This document shows positions 1-12,857 of a stretch of DNA of 64,000 bases, piece after piece. How positions within the stretch are numbered: the stretch's first letter is position 1; every line of letters begins with the position of its first letter. A program made the translations under genes and the position numbers. The stretch is from Basidiobolus meristosporus CBS 931.73 (lineage: Eukaryota; Fungi; Basidiobolomycota): the NCBI GenBank assembly GCA_002104905.1, contig MCFE01000400.1:1-64000 (forward strand), given 5' to 3'. The notes under the pieces were generated by a model that was not told the DNA's origin, ran no database searches, and worked only from the letters and a program-made list of their open reading frames with translations.

Positions 1-378
1 CTGATGTTTTAGCAAAATTATTGTTGGTAAATCCCTACTAGGAATGTAGTCAGTATTCACCAACAACTATAGAATTTTATTCAAGTGACTAAGTTAGGTG
101 AATATTTAGGCGGAATTACAAATCTTACAACTCATCTACTGTACTCTGAGTTTGTGCTGATTAGACCTAACTGTGACCTAAGATATTTGTATTTGTTTCT
201 TATTCAAGATCAGGTAAATAATACTGCAATTATTACAACTGAGGACAGCAAGCTAAGATAGCTAAGTTATTCTGTTTAGCTTCACAAAAAAAATGATGCC
301 TAATATCTATGTGCTTAGTTCTAGCATAAAAAGCTAGATTGCTATCTAATTGTAAGTGTCCTTGTTTATCTTGAAACA
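1..378 (-). mobile_element. Ty1/copia relic: end of RNase H plus start of 3' LTR (LTR part ~1-132, cut by window edge)
   Basis: Minus-strand translation QDKQGHLQLDSNLAFYARTKHIDIRHHFF matches the copia RNase H C-terminal motif. The reverse complement of 1-130 aligns with the solo LTR at 23301-23649. Confidence 0.8.
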
Positions 379-923
379 TTACCTTTGAAATGTTATTGTG
401 ATGATACCATAAAAAAGCTGTCACCATTTTAAAGTACTGTGACTTAGAGGTACTTATCTCATCAGAACACCATGTAAATACCATTGCAAAATAATGCATC
501 CTAGATTCCACAAAAAACTTGATCAAAATTTCTCATCATTACAACACATAAGTAGTTTTCAAGTGGCTCACTTGTAATACTCTTGCTTTCTGATCCCAGA
601 CCTACAACTTTATACCATTTTTAACTCACTGGTGCACATACATCCTGGTATTCAGCTGCCACAGCAAGGTCTAGCTCCTTATCAGCCAGTCTTTGCAATA
701 AATCCTTGCTATATTGAAGTGAATTTTCTTGAGCACTACTCTTGAAGTAATGCTTCAACCTCTTGGTGTGCCTATTGATGTTCTAAAATACCACCATAGG
801 CATTATGATAACCTTTTGAGTTCCTGACATTGCTACTTTGTCTGCCAGTGGGATCTCTACTCTGTCAACAATGGAGGACATGGAGGCTGTGGTAGACAAA
901 TTGCCTTTTCCTGCAAACTCATC

Positions 924-1295
924 TGTGAGTACTAAATGTAGTGCCCCCTCCTTACCCAAGAGTTCTCCCCAGAGTCCTACCCAAAGTCCTCCAGTATCCT
1001 CTCTATGGTTCCCCCATGCATCATCCCTCCTATTCCTGCCCTTATCTAGTTAGAAGACTTACCATAACAGGAAGGTGTTCACACCCCTATTTCACAACAT
1101 GTTGTCTATTATCTAAGCCCCTCCAAGTGATAAATATATCCACTGAACCAAGTGAGGGAACAACAAGATTTGGACAGAATAAACACAAGTCTTTATTTCC
1201 TTGCTACCTTCTATTGGAAGCTATTTAGAGCTAAGTGGTACTGACTTGAACTACAAGCTCTCCCACTCACCAAGTACAGTCAGTAATAACCCACA
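924..1295 (+). repeat. 5' LTR of old gypsy element
   Basis: Aligns with 4588-4965; starts TGTGAG, ends CCACA, followed by the PBS-like sequence. Confidence 0.88.
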
Positions 1296-1399
1296 TATTT
1301 GGTGCTGTCTGTGCAGAAATAAGCACAAGTTAGGTACTGACTACCATAATGAAACTATAAACATACAAGGGAAAGAGAGAGAAAGCCCCTGTGTGGCTT

Positions 1400-3250
1400 G
1401 ATAAGTTTGAGAGTTGCGGTTGATGCAGGATGGGACAGCAATAAGAAAGTAAGGGAGTTTGCAAGACATATGGAAGGGTCAGCATGGCAATGGCATTGCG
1501 GGTGGAAAGATGAAGTCAAAGACAACTGGGATACACTAGAAGAAGCCTACAAGATAAGCTTTCTATATGCCAAGGGATATCACTACAAAGCCCTTCTACT
1601 GTCCTCACAGAAGAAAGGCAGTGAGAGCTATGAAGCCTACACTGAACTATTTCTCCAACAGGTTCAATGTCTCCCAGAGGTCAAAATCACTGAGCAACAG
1701 CTCATGAGGTGCTACATCATGGGCTTAGACAACAAAGTAAGAAGTAGGGCACCCAAAGAACAACATGGATAAAAAATGTTGCAAGAGTTGGTTACACAAG
1801 CACAATGGGTCATCTTGCTATGGGGACTACCCTATAGTGATACAAGTGATTAAAGGACAGGGATCCCCCATAAGAAAGGAAAAAATACCTCCCTGAAAGA
1901 CTGTAAGTTATACAAATTACAGCAAAATGTCTAAGAACTCTTAATCAACAATGTCCAAGAAGTAGCCCTGGAGGATTGACCCAAAACCATTTTTATAACA
2001 TAGTTTGATTTATACAAATGGACCCAACTACCCTTTGGCTTGTGTAATGCTCCTGCTATGCTCCAAAGGATGATTGACAAGGTGGAAGGAAATTCACAAT
2101 GGGAATGTGCGCTTGTATATCTAGACAACATCATGATATATTCCCCCAATGTAGAAGAGCATATACACAATGTTCAACGTATCCTGACAGCCCTCCTCAA
2201 GAACCAACTAAAACTACATCCCAAGAAGTGCCATTTTTGGTATACAAAATTGTTGTTCCTGGGCCACAAGATCTCAGCAGATGGGATATACCCATCCACT
2301 TCACTCCTAAAAGCTGTTAAAGATACACCTGCACCAAAGGATATCAATGCAGCTACTATTGCCGCTTTATCAAAAACTTTGTGGCAATAGCAGCCCCCCG
2401 TACAAATTGATGCAAAAAGGCCAGTTTTGTGTGTGGTTGGAGCCTCAAAATGAGCATTGAATCAGCTGAAACATTCCATGATGTCACTACCAGTGGTACA
2501 TTTTCCTTATTGGGATGCAAGATTCTTTATCAACTGTGATGGAAGTCTCATTGGTATAGGCACCTCAAAACATATAGATGTTCAGAAAGACATTTTATTT
2601 GAAAAAAATGATGACCAATGTCACAAATATGTTGCAAAGATGCTCCACCTGCAAGAGATTTAACCAAGGTCAGAAGATAGGGACAACCACACCAATACCA
2701 GATGACCTACCCTTCCACCAGGTAGAGATTGACTTTGTTGGCGCCTTTATCAAAACAAAGAAATGAGTACTCTACAGAGTAATTGCTACTGATTATTTCT
2801 CAAAGCGGGTTGAAGCCCAAGACGTTCAAAATAAAGATCAGAAGACAACCACTCACCTCATCCTAGAGCACCTCATTGGTTGGCATGGATGTCCTCAGGT
2901 ACTCCTGTCCAACAATGGTGGTTCCTTCCTGAACAACACTGTGGCCCATGTGTGCAAAATGATGGGCATGAAACAGATCTTCACAGCTGCATATCACCCC
3001 CAGACCAATGGATTAACCAAGGGGATGAACCGGATGTGTCACTGCATACTGGAGAAGCTTCACTGGGAGCTTCCCCAGTCATGGACCAAGCTGCTTCCAC
3101 TGGCACTCCTAGCAATGTGTACAATACCAAATAAAACAACAGGTTTCTTCCTGTACAAAGTTCTGTAGGGACAAAGGCCCAAGTGGCATGAAGAAGCTAG
3201 ATTGTCAATTAAAGGTGTCCCCTTGACAACACATAATGTCTATGTAGAGA
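1400..3250 (+). pseudogene. Frameshifted, internally deleted gag-pol of the old gypsy element
   Basis: ORF fragments 1398-1772 (gag-like), 2040-2390 (RT), 2457-2663, 2578-2766 and 2941-3168 (integrase core). Confidence 0.85.
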
Positions 3251-4587
3251 GGTTGATACACCGTATTGCCCACCTATACATAAAAGTTTTCAAAAATGCC
3301 AACAAGCACCTTCCCCCCCCACCTAAAAATGAGAAACTAATGGGACAAGTTCACCCAAAAGGTAGAACAAAAGAATGCATATAGAAAGCACTAAAGGAAA
3401 CAGTTCACCCAAAACTGGTCATACCCCTCCCACTAGCAAGAATCAAGATGATATCAAAAACAAGACCAACCTGCAAGTGTTGAGAGATATGGCACAAGTG
3501 TTATGTGCAACAAGAGCCACCTATGAAGAGTTGTTTGCCAAAGCAGTAACATTGATACAAGACACAATCAGAGAGGGACAAGCAAGTTAACCATGCCAAT
3601 ACAAGGTATGGAGATACTACCCAAGAAGATCATATACCACCTGAGGGGAGGTTCCTTGATTATTAAGGAGAAGGACACCACACTGACTCCCATATCCATA
3701 CTGGACACAGTCAGACAGAAGACACAAGGAATCAACTGTTGCACCCTCACAAGGCCTTGAGAGCCCCCCTGTTTTGTTGCATACTTGCCATGCATAGGTA
3801 CCATGGTTGTTGAGGTATATGCAGACTTGGTACAAGCCACAAGAGCACCAGAAATAGAAATCCCAATTAAAGGACTCCTCCAAGAAGTTTGCAAGCATCT
3901 CAAACCGCATTTCCAAGAAGGAACCATCCTAGAGAAGACAGGCAAATGAATTAAATATACCAGCCAGTTAACCCATGCAATCCACCAAGTCGCTGTGTTA
4001 CAACTATTACAGTGGTTTACCATGGGACAACCCAGGAACCAGTACAAAGTCCAACTCCAAGAAGCCAAAGAAACCACCACCAACTCTGTAGAAACCATGA
4101 GGCAAGTGCAAAAGCACCTCAATTGCACCACAGTTGCTACAGAAGACCTACAATGCGTCTCAGAAGAAGCAAAAACTTGTCATCAGCAACAGGTAACTGC
4201 CAACCAAGTGTATGCCCTCTTCAAAAGGGCCCCTGCTGCCATATTGAACACAACAAGGATAAGCCCCAACAGCATTTGCAAGTTAAAGAAGCAAGACTTT
4301 ATTGCATTATTTATCTCTTTTTATTCCCCAACCCTGCCAAGGAACTTACCCAGAGCCCTATGGTTTGCCAATTGTTTGGCTCTGTGGAAAACATCCCTTG
4401 AGCAATGCAAGCTGCACCCCACTTTGCTGCCAAATGGTATCAGGTACTTGACTGCAACCCCCTTGCAAGTGACAACCAGCAATGGTACTATGGTGACTCC
4501 CCCATGCTCCATAAACAAAATTGACCCTGGAGAAGCAAGTTAGTCAAAGAACTTCAACGACAAAGCTCCCTCTTAGCCCCTGAGATA

Positions 4588-4965
4588 TGCAAGTACTAAG
4601 TGTAGTACTCACTCTTTGCCCAGGAGCTTCCCCATGTCCTACCCAAAGTCCCCAGTGTCCTCCTTATGATGCCCACATGTGTCCTCCCTCCTATTCCTGC
4701 CCTTATCTAGTTAGAGCACTTACCGTAACAGGAAGATGTTCACACCCCTATTTCATAACACATTGTCTATTATCTAAGCCCCTCTAAGTGATATATATAT
4801 ATATATATCCAATCAAACCAAGTGAGGGAACAACAAGATTTGGACAGAATAAACACAAGTCTTTATTTCCTAGCTACCTTCTATTGGAAGCTATTTGGAG
4901 CTAAGTGGCACTGACTTGACCTACAAGGTCTCCCACTCACCAAGTACAGTCAGTAATAGCCCACA
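4588..4965 (+). repeat. 3' LTR of old gypsy element, with an expanded (AT)n tract at ~4791-4808
   Basis: Aligns with 924-1295. Several differences are reciprocal CpG decay (TGTGAG/TGCAAG, ATGCAT/ATGTGT). Confidence 0.88.
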
Positions 4966-5036
4966 TCATCTACCTCGCTGGAGTGTAGCCCAACTGGATA
5001 AGCTTCTGTCTCTTGTGAAAACAGCTGTTTTCTTGT

Positions 5037-6556
5037 TTATAATTCTTCTTGGCTATGAAGGAATTCCATTTGTTCTGGGCTTACAGTGTTAATTGGCAAG
5101 AACTGCAGCTTTTTTCTTATGCTTCCCTGTCTCTGGCTTGGGTAGACCTTTTCCACTTTACCTTTTTGTTTATCACTGCCAGGTCTTTTGCCACTACTTT
5201 GTCTGAGTGCTTCTTGCATTAAACCATATTTTCTCCTTGATAAATGCTGCTCTGCTGCATCAGCTTTGGCTTGCTTGTCCCTTGCTGCCACTCTGCAGGT
5301 AACCTGACTATTCTTTCCTGCTTGTTTTGAGCTCTCAGCCCATGCTGTAACAGGCTCCTGCAGTAACTACTTGTTTTTATTGCTGTCAGGTCCTTCACTA
5401 CTACTTTGACCAAGTGCTTCTTGAGTAGAAATGCGCTTTTTCCTTGGTAAGAGTTGTGCTGGTGCATATGTGTCTGCCTGCTTTTCCCTTATCAGCACTA
5501 TTCAAGCTACCAGATGCCTCTTTGATGCTTTTTTGGAGCTTTTGCCCCTGCTTATAACAGGCCCTTAAAGAAGCTGCTGGTGTTTAGCTATTGCACCTTT
5601 GCTCTTCTGCCATTGACAATATCTGCTATTCTTGAGATATTTTCTTAGCATTCCAATGCTGGCCTAAAAACCATTTGCTAGTTTGAATCCCGGATAATGC
5701 TCATGAAGCAAGTTAAGCACTTTCTGCTTGCAGTTGAGCTCCTGATGGTCCCATAATATGTAAGACCTGCAGTGTTGGCATGCCAGACTTCTGACAGCCT
5801 CTTGAAAATTAGCCTACTCTTCATCAATGCACTCAATGGCCTCACAAATCTTCAATGTCTCTTGATTTTTAGACTTTGGTATAAACACTACATTTTCTCC
5901 CTCCCATGCTATGATAGGTTTTTCTGTGGGCTTTATCTTTGGGCACTGTTGTGGTGCTTCAAAGATTGAATAGTGTTCCTCTGCTGTTACATCAGGAAAT
6001 GGCTCAATTCTTGGCTATGACATTGAACTCCTTGAGTTCCTCCTTGCAGCAAAGATACTGCTTTCTTTACTTGGTGTACTGATTACTCTACACATCTTGT
6101 TTGCTCATCTTGTTTCATGACTATTTCCTAATTTCTCTGGGCCATTGCATCTATCCTGTTAGCCACTGCACAAAGCTGCCTCCTTAATGCTTTGATATCA
6201 GCAGGTAACATACTTGCTAATACATGTGGTTGTGATGTTATGACAACCACTTGCTGGTCTTCAGCGGAAGGTACTGCTTTTGCTACATTCTCATCTGCCT
6301 CAGCAATATGGTCAGCTTGTGGCTCTGCAGAGATTCCCAATTGCCCACTAGACTGAGAGCCTGAGGAGTCTGCATTATTCCCTTCAGTGGGCACACTGTC
6401 CACAGGGCCTTTTTTGGCTGTAGCACTGCTTATTGCACTGAATGTAAGCTGTTGTCCAGCTGTTCTTCTGCTACTGTCAGTGGTGGGGTTTGGTTGGGAA
6501 CCAGACAACTTTGCTTTATTTTTTGGTGGCATATATATGGAAGTGAGTAAAGCCAA
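5037..6556 (-). pseudogene. Accessory ORF1 relic of CACTA-type copy I (low-complexity N-terminus, coiled coil, K/R/S-rich repeats)
   Basis: ORF fragments MPPKNKAK...RIDAMAQRN and QQHLSRRKY... are homologous to 21129-22372 (+) and 26400-28040 (-). Confidence 0.7.
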
Positions 6557-7497
6557 AGGGGAAATGATATTAGATATACATGTATATGTGGAGCCACAAC
6601 TTTATTTATAATGCTTTCTGTGGCGGGTCATCACTGAATCTTACATTCATATAGCTGCAATGTCTCAAATACAAGACTGTCTTAAGCTCACACCAGTATT
6701 GACAAAAAAATGATATAAAAGCATTACATTGTTGAGTGTCAAACTGTTTGCCCCATGGACAAGAGTACTACAATTCATTGCTGTAAGAGAAGAGAAAAAA
6801 GACCAAATAGCTATTGCAGAAAGCCTCACATTCACAAAGCATGCATACAGCATAGGAAGTATCACAAGAATCATAGCCAGTGTTTTGCCAGACAAGTTAT
6901 ATTTGACCATTCACTAGTCACTACTGTACCAATAATATCTTGCCAGCCACTTAATATATCTATAACAGCATCTGGCTGTACTTATCACCTTGCTCAAGCT
7001 GAGTCAGGAGAGTTTGTGACACCTTTAGGCTCACCACAGCCTTGTATTGTGAGTCTATCTTCCCTAACAAAGCACCCAGCATGAGCCTAGCAAAGTCCCA
7101 TTATGTAATGTGACAACACCTGTGCAAAAATGCTAAGGATACTTTATAGAATCAAGTGAGCCCAGTAATCCATCTACTGGAGAATGATATGATGTTGTGG
7201 CTAGAGAAGTGCATGTAAATGCTATAAATGGAAAACTGTCATGTGACAGGAAACATAAGACCCAAAGAGTGTCCTGACTCCATCATGTTAACAATTGCAT
7301 GGCAGTCACATCAGAAATTGCCTCCATTGCAAGGTGTCCAACTTGTCAGGAATTCACCACCATTGGGGGAAAACATTGTTCACACTCCAGATATAATCTG
7401 GTAATACCATGTATACAGAAGCTCTTACAGTACAACAAATATTGTAAAGCTATAAAGGATGGCACTCAGTATCAATCAAGCGCAAACATATTAGATA

Positions 7498-8821
7498 GAC
7501 TTGTTCCGTTGGATAGTGCCACATAGTGCCAGCCTGTTTATGGTGCCAGATTGATCTGGCACTCTACGGCACTATCTGGCACTATAGTTTCTACCATGAT
7601 GCCAGTGGTATGATACAGTTACTGGCAATTGTACTCAATCTTAATTATGTTGCTCAGAATAGTGCTTTCCTTGCTTTATTTACTCTTCATAATGCTCCAG
7701 ACACATTTCTCTCAGTGGATGTCTTCTTGTATGAACATACTGTGCATTAATAAGTATCTTAAGTATTTTACCTATTCTGCTGTTTTCTCCTATATATGAC
7801 TTTCCTCTGTATTTACCTGCCAATATGCTGAATCTCTTCAGCTATCCAAATGTGTGCTCTACCCTCACTCTGAAATGATTAAATATCTCATTGTAGAGCT
7901 TCTGCTTCCTGCGAAGCACACCATTCCTTGGCTTCCTATAAGCTGTAATACATCCTAATCTCTGACAATCCTCTCCTATATAGGCTAAGTCTGTCATACA
8001 TTTCTCCCCTCTACTGAATTCAGGATGATTCTCTACCCAGAGTGCTTTGTCATGCCTACTTCCAGCAAATGGCCCACTAAACCAGATGATGTTACCCTCA
8101 ATGCCAGAAAGTGCTTGAAACTTCACACAGTGTGCCTTGTACTTGCCAGAATAAAAGTGCCTCTGCCCTCTAGAAGGTCTGTTAATCCTTGCTGAGAAGG
8201 TATCCAGAATACTCCTGATATGGAACCTGTTGCAAGCACTCTGGGATATGGAAGTCTATTGGAGCTTCTGAACCTAGTATTCCAAGCTTGCTCTAAGTCA
8301 TTCATACCCTCTGCAAGGTGGTTCTCCATTGCTGTCAGCTGGGAATGAAAGCTTCTAGGACTTTTGTTGCCATGGATGGTGGGATGAAACCTTGTAGGGC
8401 AATAGTTCTTGTAATAGCAGAGAAGCTTAACAAGGGATCTCCTTGAGTAGATTGGGGTTGATGGTCCACAGTACTTGGAATATATCTCCTCTAGTGTGTC
8501 AAAAGGAAATCCAGTAGTAGTGATGGGATTGATGGGAAAAGACCATTCAGATGAGTAAGTCATATTAAAATTGATGGATGAATGTATGGGGGCGGTTTGA
8601 ATTGACCCGGCATGATCTGCGTTATTTATCTGATTTTTAATACATTATGGTTAAATCTCCATCAATTGCCACGTATCTCATCATTATGTTGCAAAATCAT
8701 CCGCAAACAATGCCTTGGTACTTTTATTGATGCTTTAATCATAGGTCTATGATCAAATAGGAAATCTGCAATTGATGTGATCTAATCCGCGTCAACGCAA
8801 TCCAAGATGCATCATGCATAA
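7498..8821 (-). mobile_element. PIF/Harbinger-like (IS5/ISL2-type DDE_Tnp_4) transposon relic; transposase ~7790-8563
   Basis: Minus strand reads FYSGKYKAHCVKFQA...WFSGPFAGSRHD...TDLAYIG...RVRVEHTFG. TIR GACTTGTTCCGTTGGATAGTGCCACA starts at 7498, preceded by TA. Confidence 0.8.
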
Positions 8822-8823
8822 TA

Positions 8824-9566
8824 GACTTGTTCCGTCGGATAGTGCCACATTGAGCCATGAGTGCCAAATGATGCCATAGTGTGCCAGACAGGCCAAGTGA
8901 GCCTATACTTGGCCACAGAGTGTGAAACATAGATCTGCATCTTCATGCAAAGCAGCCTCTGTGTTTCACCTATGATGCAGGAGAAAATCCATTTATTGAC
9001 ATTTTTTGACATTTTTTTGTGGATCAATATTGTGCAGGATATGTAAGAGCACTAAAGGATTGAAGATATACATCTGGTACTAAGTACCCATGGCACTCGG
9101 AATCAAGCTCCTGTGGCTTGTAACATGTCACAAAAATGCATGGCACTATCTTGGTCCACTGTTACTATCCAGCACTATATTTAGATATTAACCCTAAAGT
9201 AAGATCAATTCAAAGCACTTATAGTGCCAGATTGTACCAGTGGACCAAGATAGTGCCATGCATTTTTGTGACATGTTACAAGCCACGGGAGCGAGATTCA
9301 GAGTGCCATGGGTATTGAGTACCAGATGCATATCTTTAATTCTTTTGTTCACTTGCACATCCTGTACAACATTTACCTAAAAATAAAAGGTCAAAAAATG
9401 GATTTTCTCCATCACAATGAGTGAAACACAGGGGCTGCTTTGCATGAAGATACAGAGCTGTGCTGCACAGTCTCTGGCCAAGTGTAGGCTCACTTGGCCT
9501 CCCTTGTACAATATGGCATCATTTGGCACTCATGACTCAATGTGGCACTATCCAATGGAACAAGTC
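8824..9566. mobile_element. 743-bp foldback (palindromic) non-autonomous element
   Basis: Arms ~8824-9178 and ~9222-9566 are reverse complements along their whole length, with scattered mismatches. Ends are TA|GACTTG...CAAGTC|TA, the same TIR as at 7498. Confidence 0.88.
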
Positions 9567-11251
9567 TAGTATCTACTGGAGCAAAAGCTTTCTACTGGGA
9601 GCAGTGCATTTCCTTTTCAACAATATCCCTATACAGAGGATCAAGTTGTGCATGGGGCATTTCAAGCCAAATGAGCCCTTTGAGATACTGGAGAAATTTG
9701 AAAGAATTGGCAAGATATTACAGAGTATCTGCTAACCTAAGTACTTCTCATGCACTTCAATCAACATTCATATATGTCTGCAACAATATAAGTGCAAGGA
9801 TTGGATGAACTTAATGTGAGTTTTTAAAGTGGCACTTCTACCAAGAGTACATTGGAATTATTGGGAGTCATATGTGGACATTATGGGAATATTTATCCAG
9901 AAGCAGATGACCAATGTCAACTTGAGGCTTCTACAGCATTTATACAAAGAGTTGGTGGTGAAGTTTGAGCAGCTTTACTACAAACATAAAGGTGAACTTG
10001 TAGATCTTTGCTGCTACTGTATCCATTTGCTATTCCATCTTGCTTGGTGTGTTGAGAACATTGGACCTTGCATCACCTTTTGGGAGTTTCTGATGCAGTG
10101 GATGTGTGGGGAGATAGGAAGACAAGTCTAGCTGTAGGTACTACCATATCCCAATCTCATCAAGAATATTACCTTCAAGTCCATCTTGGATATGATGAGT
10201 TGGCACATGGAGGACATCCAGGAAGAGTTGGAAAAGACTGAGGACAGCTGTGCATATGAAGACACCTATGCCTATGGCATTATAAAGCTAAGTACCCCCA
10301 GTGTGTGTGTAATCAGTAAAGTAAAGCAAAGTTGGGTTGAGTGCAACAAGCAACTAACTTTGATTTGGAACACTCTCCCAAGGTATGCTGAATTTCTCTT
10401 GGTCACAAGCCAAATTCCACACCATTCAATAAACAATTAACACAAACAAGAGCTGGAATGCACCTATAAGGGGGACTAGAATTCAGCAGGGAGAAGGGAT
10501 ATATTGGCTAAATAGCAAATGGTACTTTGCAGATATTCAGGAGGTATTCATAGCAGAAGCAGTGGCAACTAAGCATATGTTTGAAAGATATATATGTTAC
10601 CAGCAATATAAGATATATGGCAACTTTGCAAACATCACACTAAAAAGCCGTAAAGTTGAGGTGATAGAAGCTTGTTAATTGTGGCAGGTGTGCATGTTTG
10701 TAGAGGTTAGTAAGCAGGAGGCTATAGTTTTCTTGAGTCAAACTATATGTGGAATACCCAAGGTAGTGGTGGGTAGGCTGATAATGAGTGGTGATTCTAC
10801 AGTGGAACATATGAATTATGCAAGCAGAGGTAAAAATCAAAAGTTCCATACGGTAAACTGGTACAGTAGCATGATACAAACTAGCTGTAGGCCACCATAC
10901 TGCCATGATAATGCCATCAAAGGTTTGCAAAGGGGCCATCAAAAGCTGTTGGTTATTTGCCATATAAGGCAATTGGATATAATGGCTGGTTAGATCCACT
11001 CAAATAGGTGTAAAGCACACTACAACTGCAACAATGCTATGCCACCCTTGGCAAAATGCAGTACAAACACCATCATATTTTATCAACATAATTTTGTTGT
11101 AAAATTAGCAAAGCACTGTTGTGATCCTGTCACAAGATTGAGTAGATGGTCATTATTTCCAAGCTGTTGGTATTATTACAGTCTCCTGATGGGATCTTGA
11201 TGGCTGATCCAGATTGCATCCACCTGAAGGGCCAAGTTATGTTTCATAGGG

Positions 11252-12190
11252 TCACTGCTGCCTTAACTTCCAATCCCAGACTGCTAGGCATTCCCAGGAA
11301 ACTGCACTGATAGCCAACTGAGTATATCTTTCTTTAGTTTTCATTCTTTCCCAAGTTTGTACTTCTTCAGGCAAAGATACTTTCATGTCAATGTAACTGT
11401 TGACTACAGTTGCATTCTTATCAAGTCCCTGCTGGTGGAGTTTATCATTGCTTTGACTTTAGAACCGTTAGTGCATTGTCATCACAAAGGATGCTGAACC
11501 CAGCACATACTCTTTTAAGATGCCAATTAATCTGGGGATTGTAGCTTGATAGGGCTACTCAAACAAATGTAGTGCTCATTACAACTCCCTGAAAGCCATG
11601 CAGTTCTTCTCAAAAGACTGCCAAAACACCATCAAGTTTTGTACTATATTTAGCAATAAAATCCACAAAATGTTGCTAGAATCCTGTCATAAGATTGCGT
11701 TGTGGTGGTGTATAGGTCCAAGGGAGAGATATGTCCAACACTTGTGTGGGGTGCTCACTGGGTGCAATAACCTCTGGCAAAAGCTTGCTAGGAATACTTG
11801 GGTTTTGTCTCTAATCTAATGTGAAGGGGAATAAAGCCACAAGCTTGTCAAGGGAAAACTATTGAGCTACAATCCCCAACTTAGTTGGTGTCTTAACAAA
11901 AGTATGTGCTGGGTTCAGCTTCCTTTGAGATGACAATGTACTAAAGCTTCCAAAGTCAAAACAACTGTAAACTCCACCAGCAGGGACTTAATAAGAATGC
12001 AGCTGTGGTCATAGTTACAGAGACAGAAAAATATCTTTGTCTGTACAAGAACAAACTTGGGAAAGAATCAAACATAATCAAAGATACCTTCTCTGAGTAT
12101 TCCTCACAAGTAGTGACTCCAAGGTCAGTTGGCTGTTGCGTGGTTTCCTGGGAGTGTCCTGTGGTCTAGGGTTGGAAGTTCAGGTAGCAG
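11252..12190. repeat. Inverted repeat pair (~11252-11560 vs ~11862-12190) of an unidentified decayed repeat
   Basis: The reverse complement of 11380-11520 matches 11900-12040 (AGTATGTGCTGGGTTCAGC...AACTCCACCAGCAGGGACTT). Confidence 0.75.
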
Positions 12191-12759
12191 CAGGTAGCAG
12201 TGTTCACACTAATCAACAGGTTGGTATATTGATAAATGGATGATGATTTGTTGTTGAGGGATAGCCTCCGTTATATACTTTCTTACTGGCTAAGTGATTA
12301 CTAATCATGGTGTTCCAGAAGGTTCTGGATATCAATAGAAGTCTTATTGACATCAGAATGACCTAAGAATGTTCTAAGTAGGTGCTGGAAGGTTCAAAGA
12401 GGCACAGCACATCCAATCAATCAGGAATCAGTATTCTAAAACCTGTGTAACATAGGGATACCATATATGGTATGGAAATGGTAGGGATATGGGTTGAGCA
12501 TGTGTCACAGGTACTGGTGTGGATACTTGCCTATATAAGAGCACCTATAGCTAGTAATCTTACATAAAGTGAGGGGCAACTTACGCAATAAGGTAAGCAG
12601 GTGTGATAGTCAACCAGCTTGTGGGATAGTACTGATCAGGTAAGACAAATGGGATAAAACTAAAATAAGTGTAGCAGAGATATAGGGAAGTAAAAAAATA
12701 TGGGAATTAGCACATCTCTCAGTGAGTGTCGCTGTCACCCACTACAGCATAGAGGGCAA

Positions 12760-12857
12760 ATAATTCCAAGCTGCTAGCTTTATGATAGACAAATTGCAGG
12801 ATCCTGATGGCTGATCCAGATTAGATCCACCTGCAGGACCAAATTGTGTTCATAGGG
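12760..12857 (+). repeat. Isolated right terminus of the CACTA-type family
   Basis: GATGGCTGATCCAGATTAGATCCACCTGCAGGACCAAATTGTGTTCATAGGG matches the ends at 11200-11251 and 31360-31411. Confidence 0.75.

Larger units (their letters stand above)
924..4965 (+). mobile_element. Degenerate Ty3/gypsy LTR retrotransposon with both LTRs and a 5-bp TSD
   Basis: Direct repeats at 924-1295 and 4588-4965 (TG...CA). TSD TCATC at 919-923 and 4966-4970. PBS-like TGGTGCTGTC at ~1300. Fragments of gag, RT (LPFGLCNAPA, VYLDNIMIYS), RNase H and integrase (EIDFVG, AYHPQTNG). Confidence 0.92.
381..11251 (+). mobile_element. CMC/EnSpm (CACTA-type) DNA transposon copy I, decayed and interrupted by a gypsy element (924-4965) and a DDE_Tnp_4/foldback unit (7498-9566)
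   Basis: Left end ACCTTTGAAATGTTATT and right end ...TTTCATAGGG are colinear with copy III (25820-31411). Transposase relics lie at ~7100-7495 and ~9570-10990 (DUF4218-like ...FEQLYY...IHLLFHLA.CV.NIGP...WEF.M). Confidence 0.8.
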
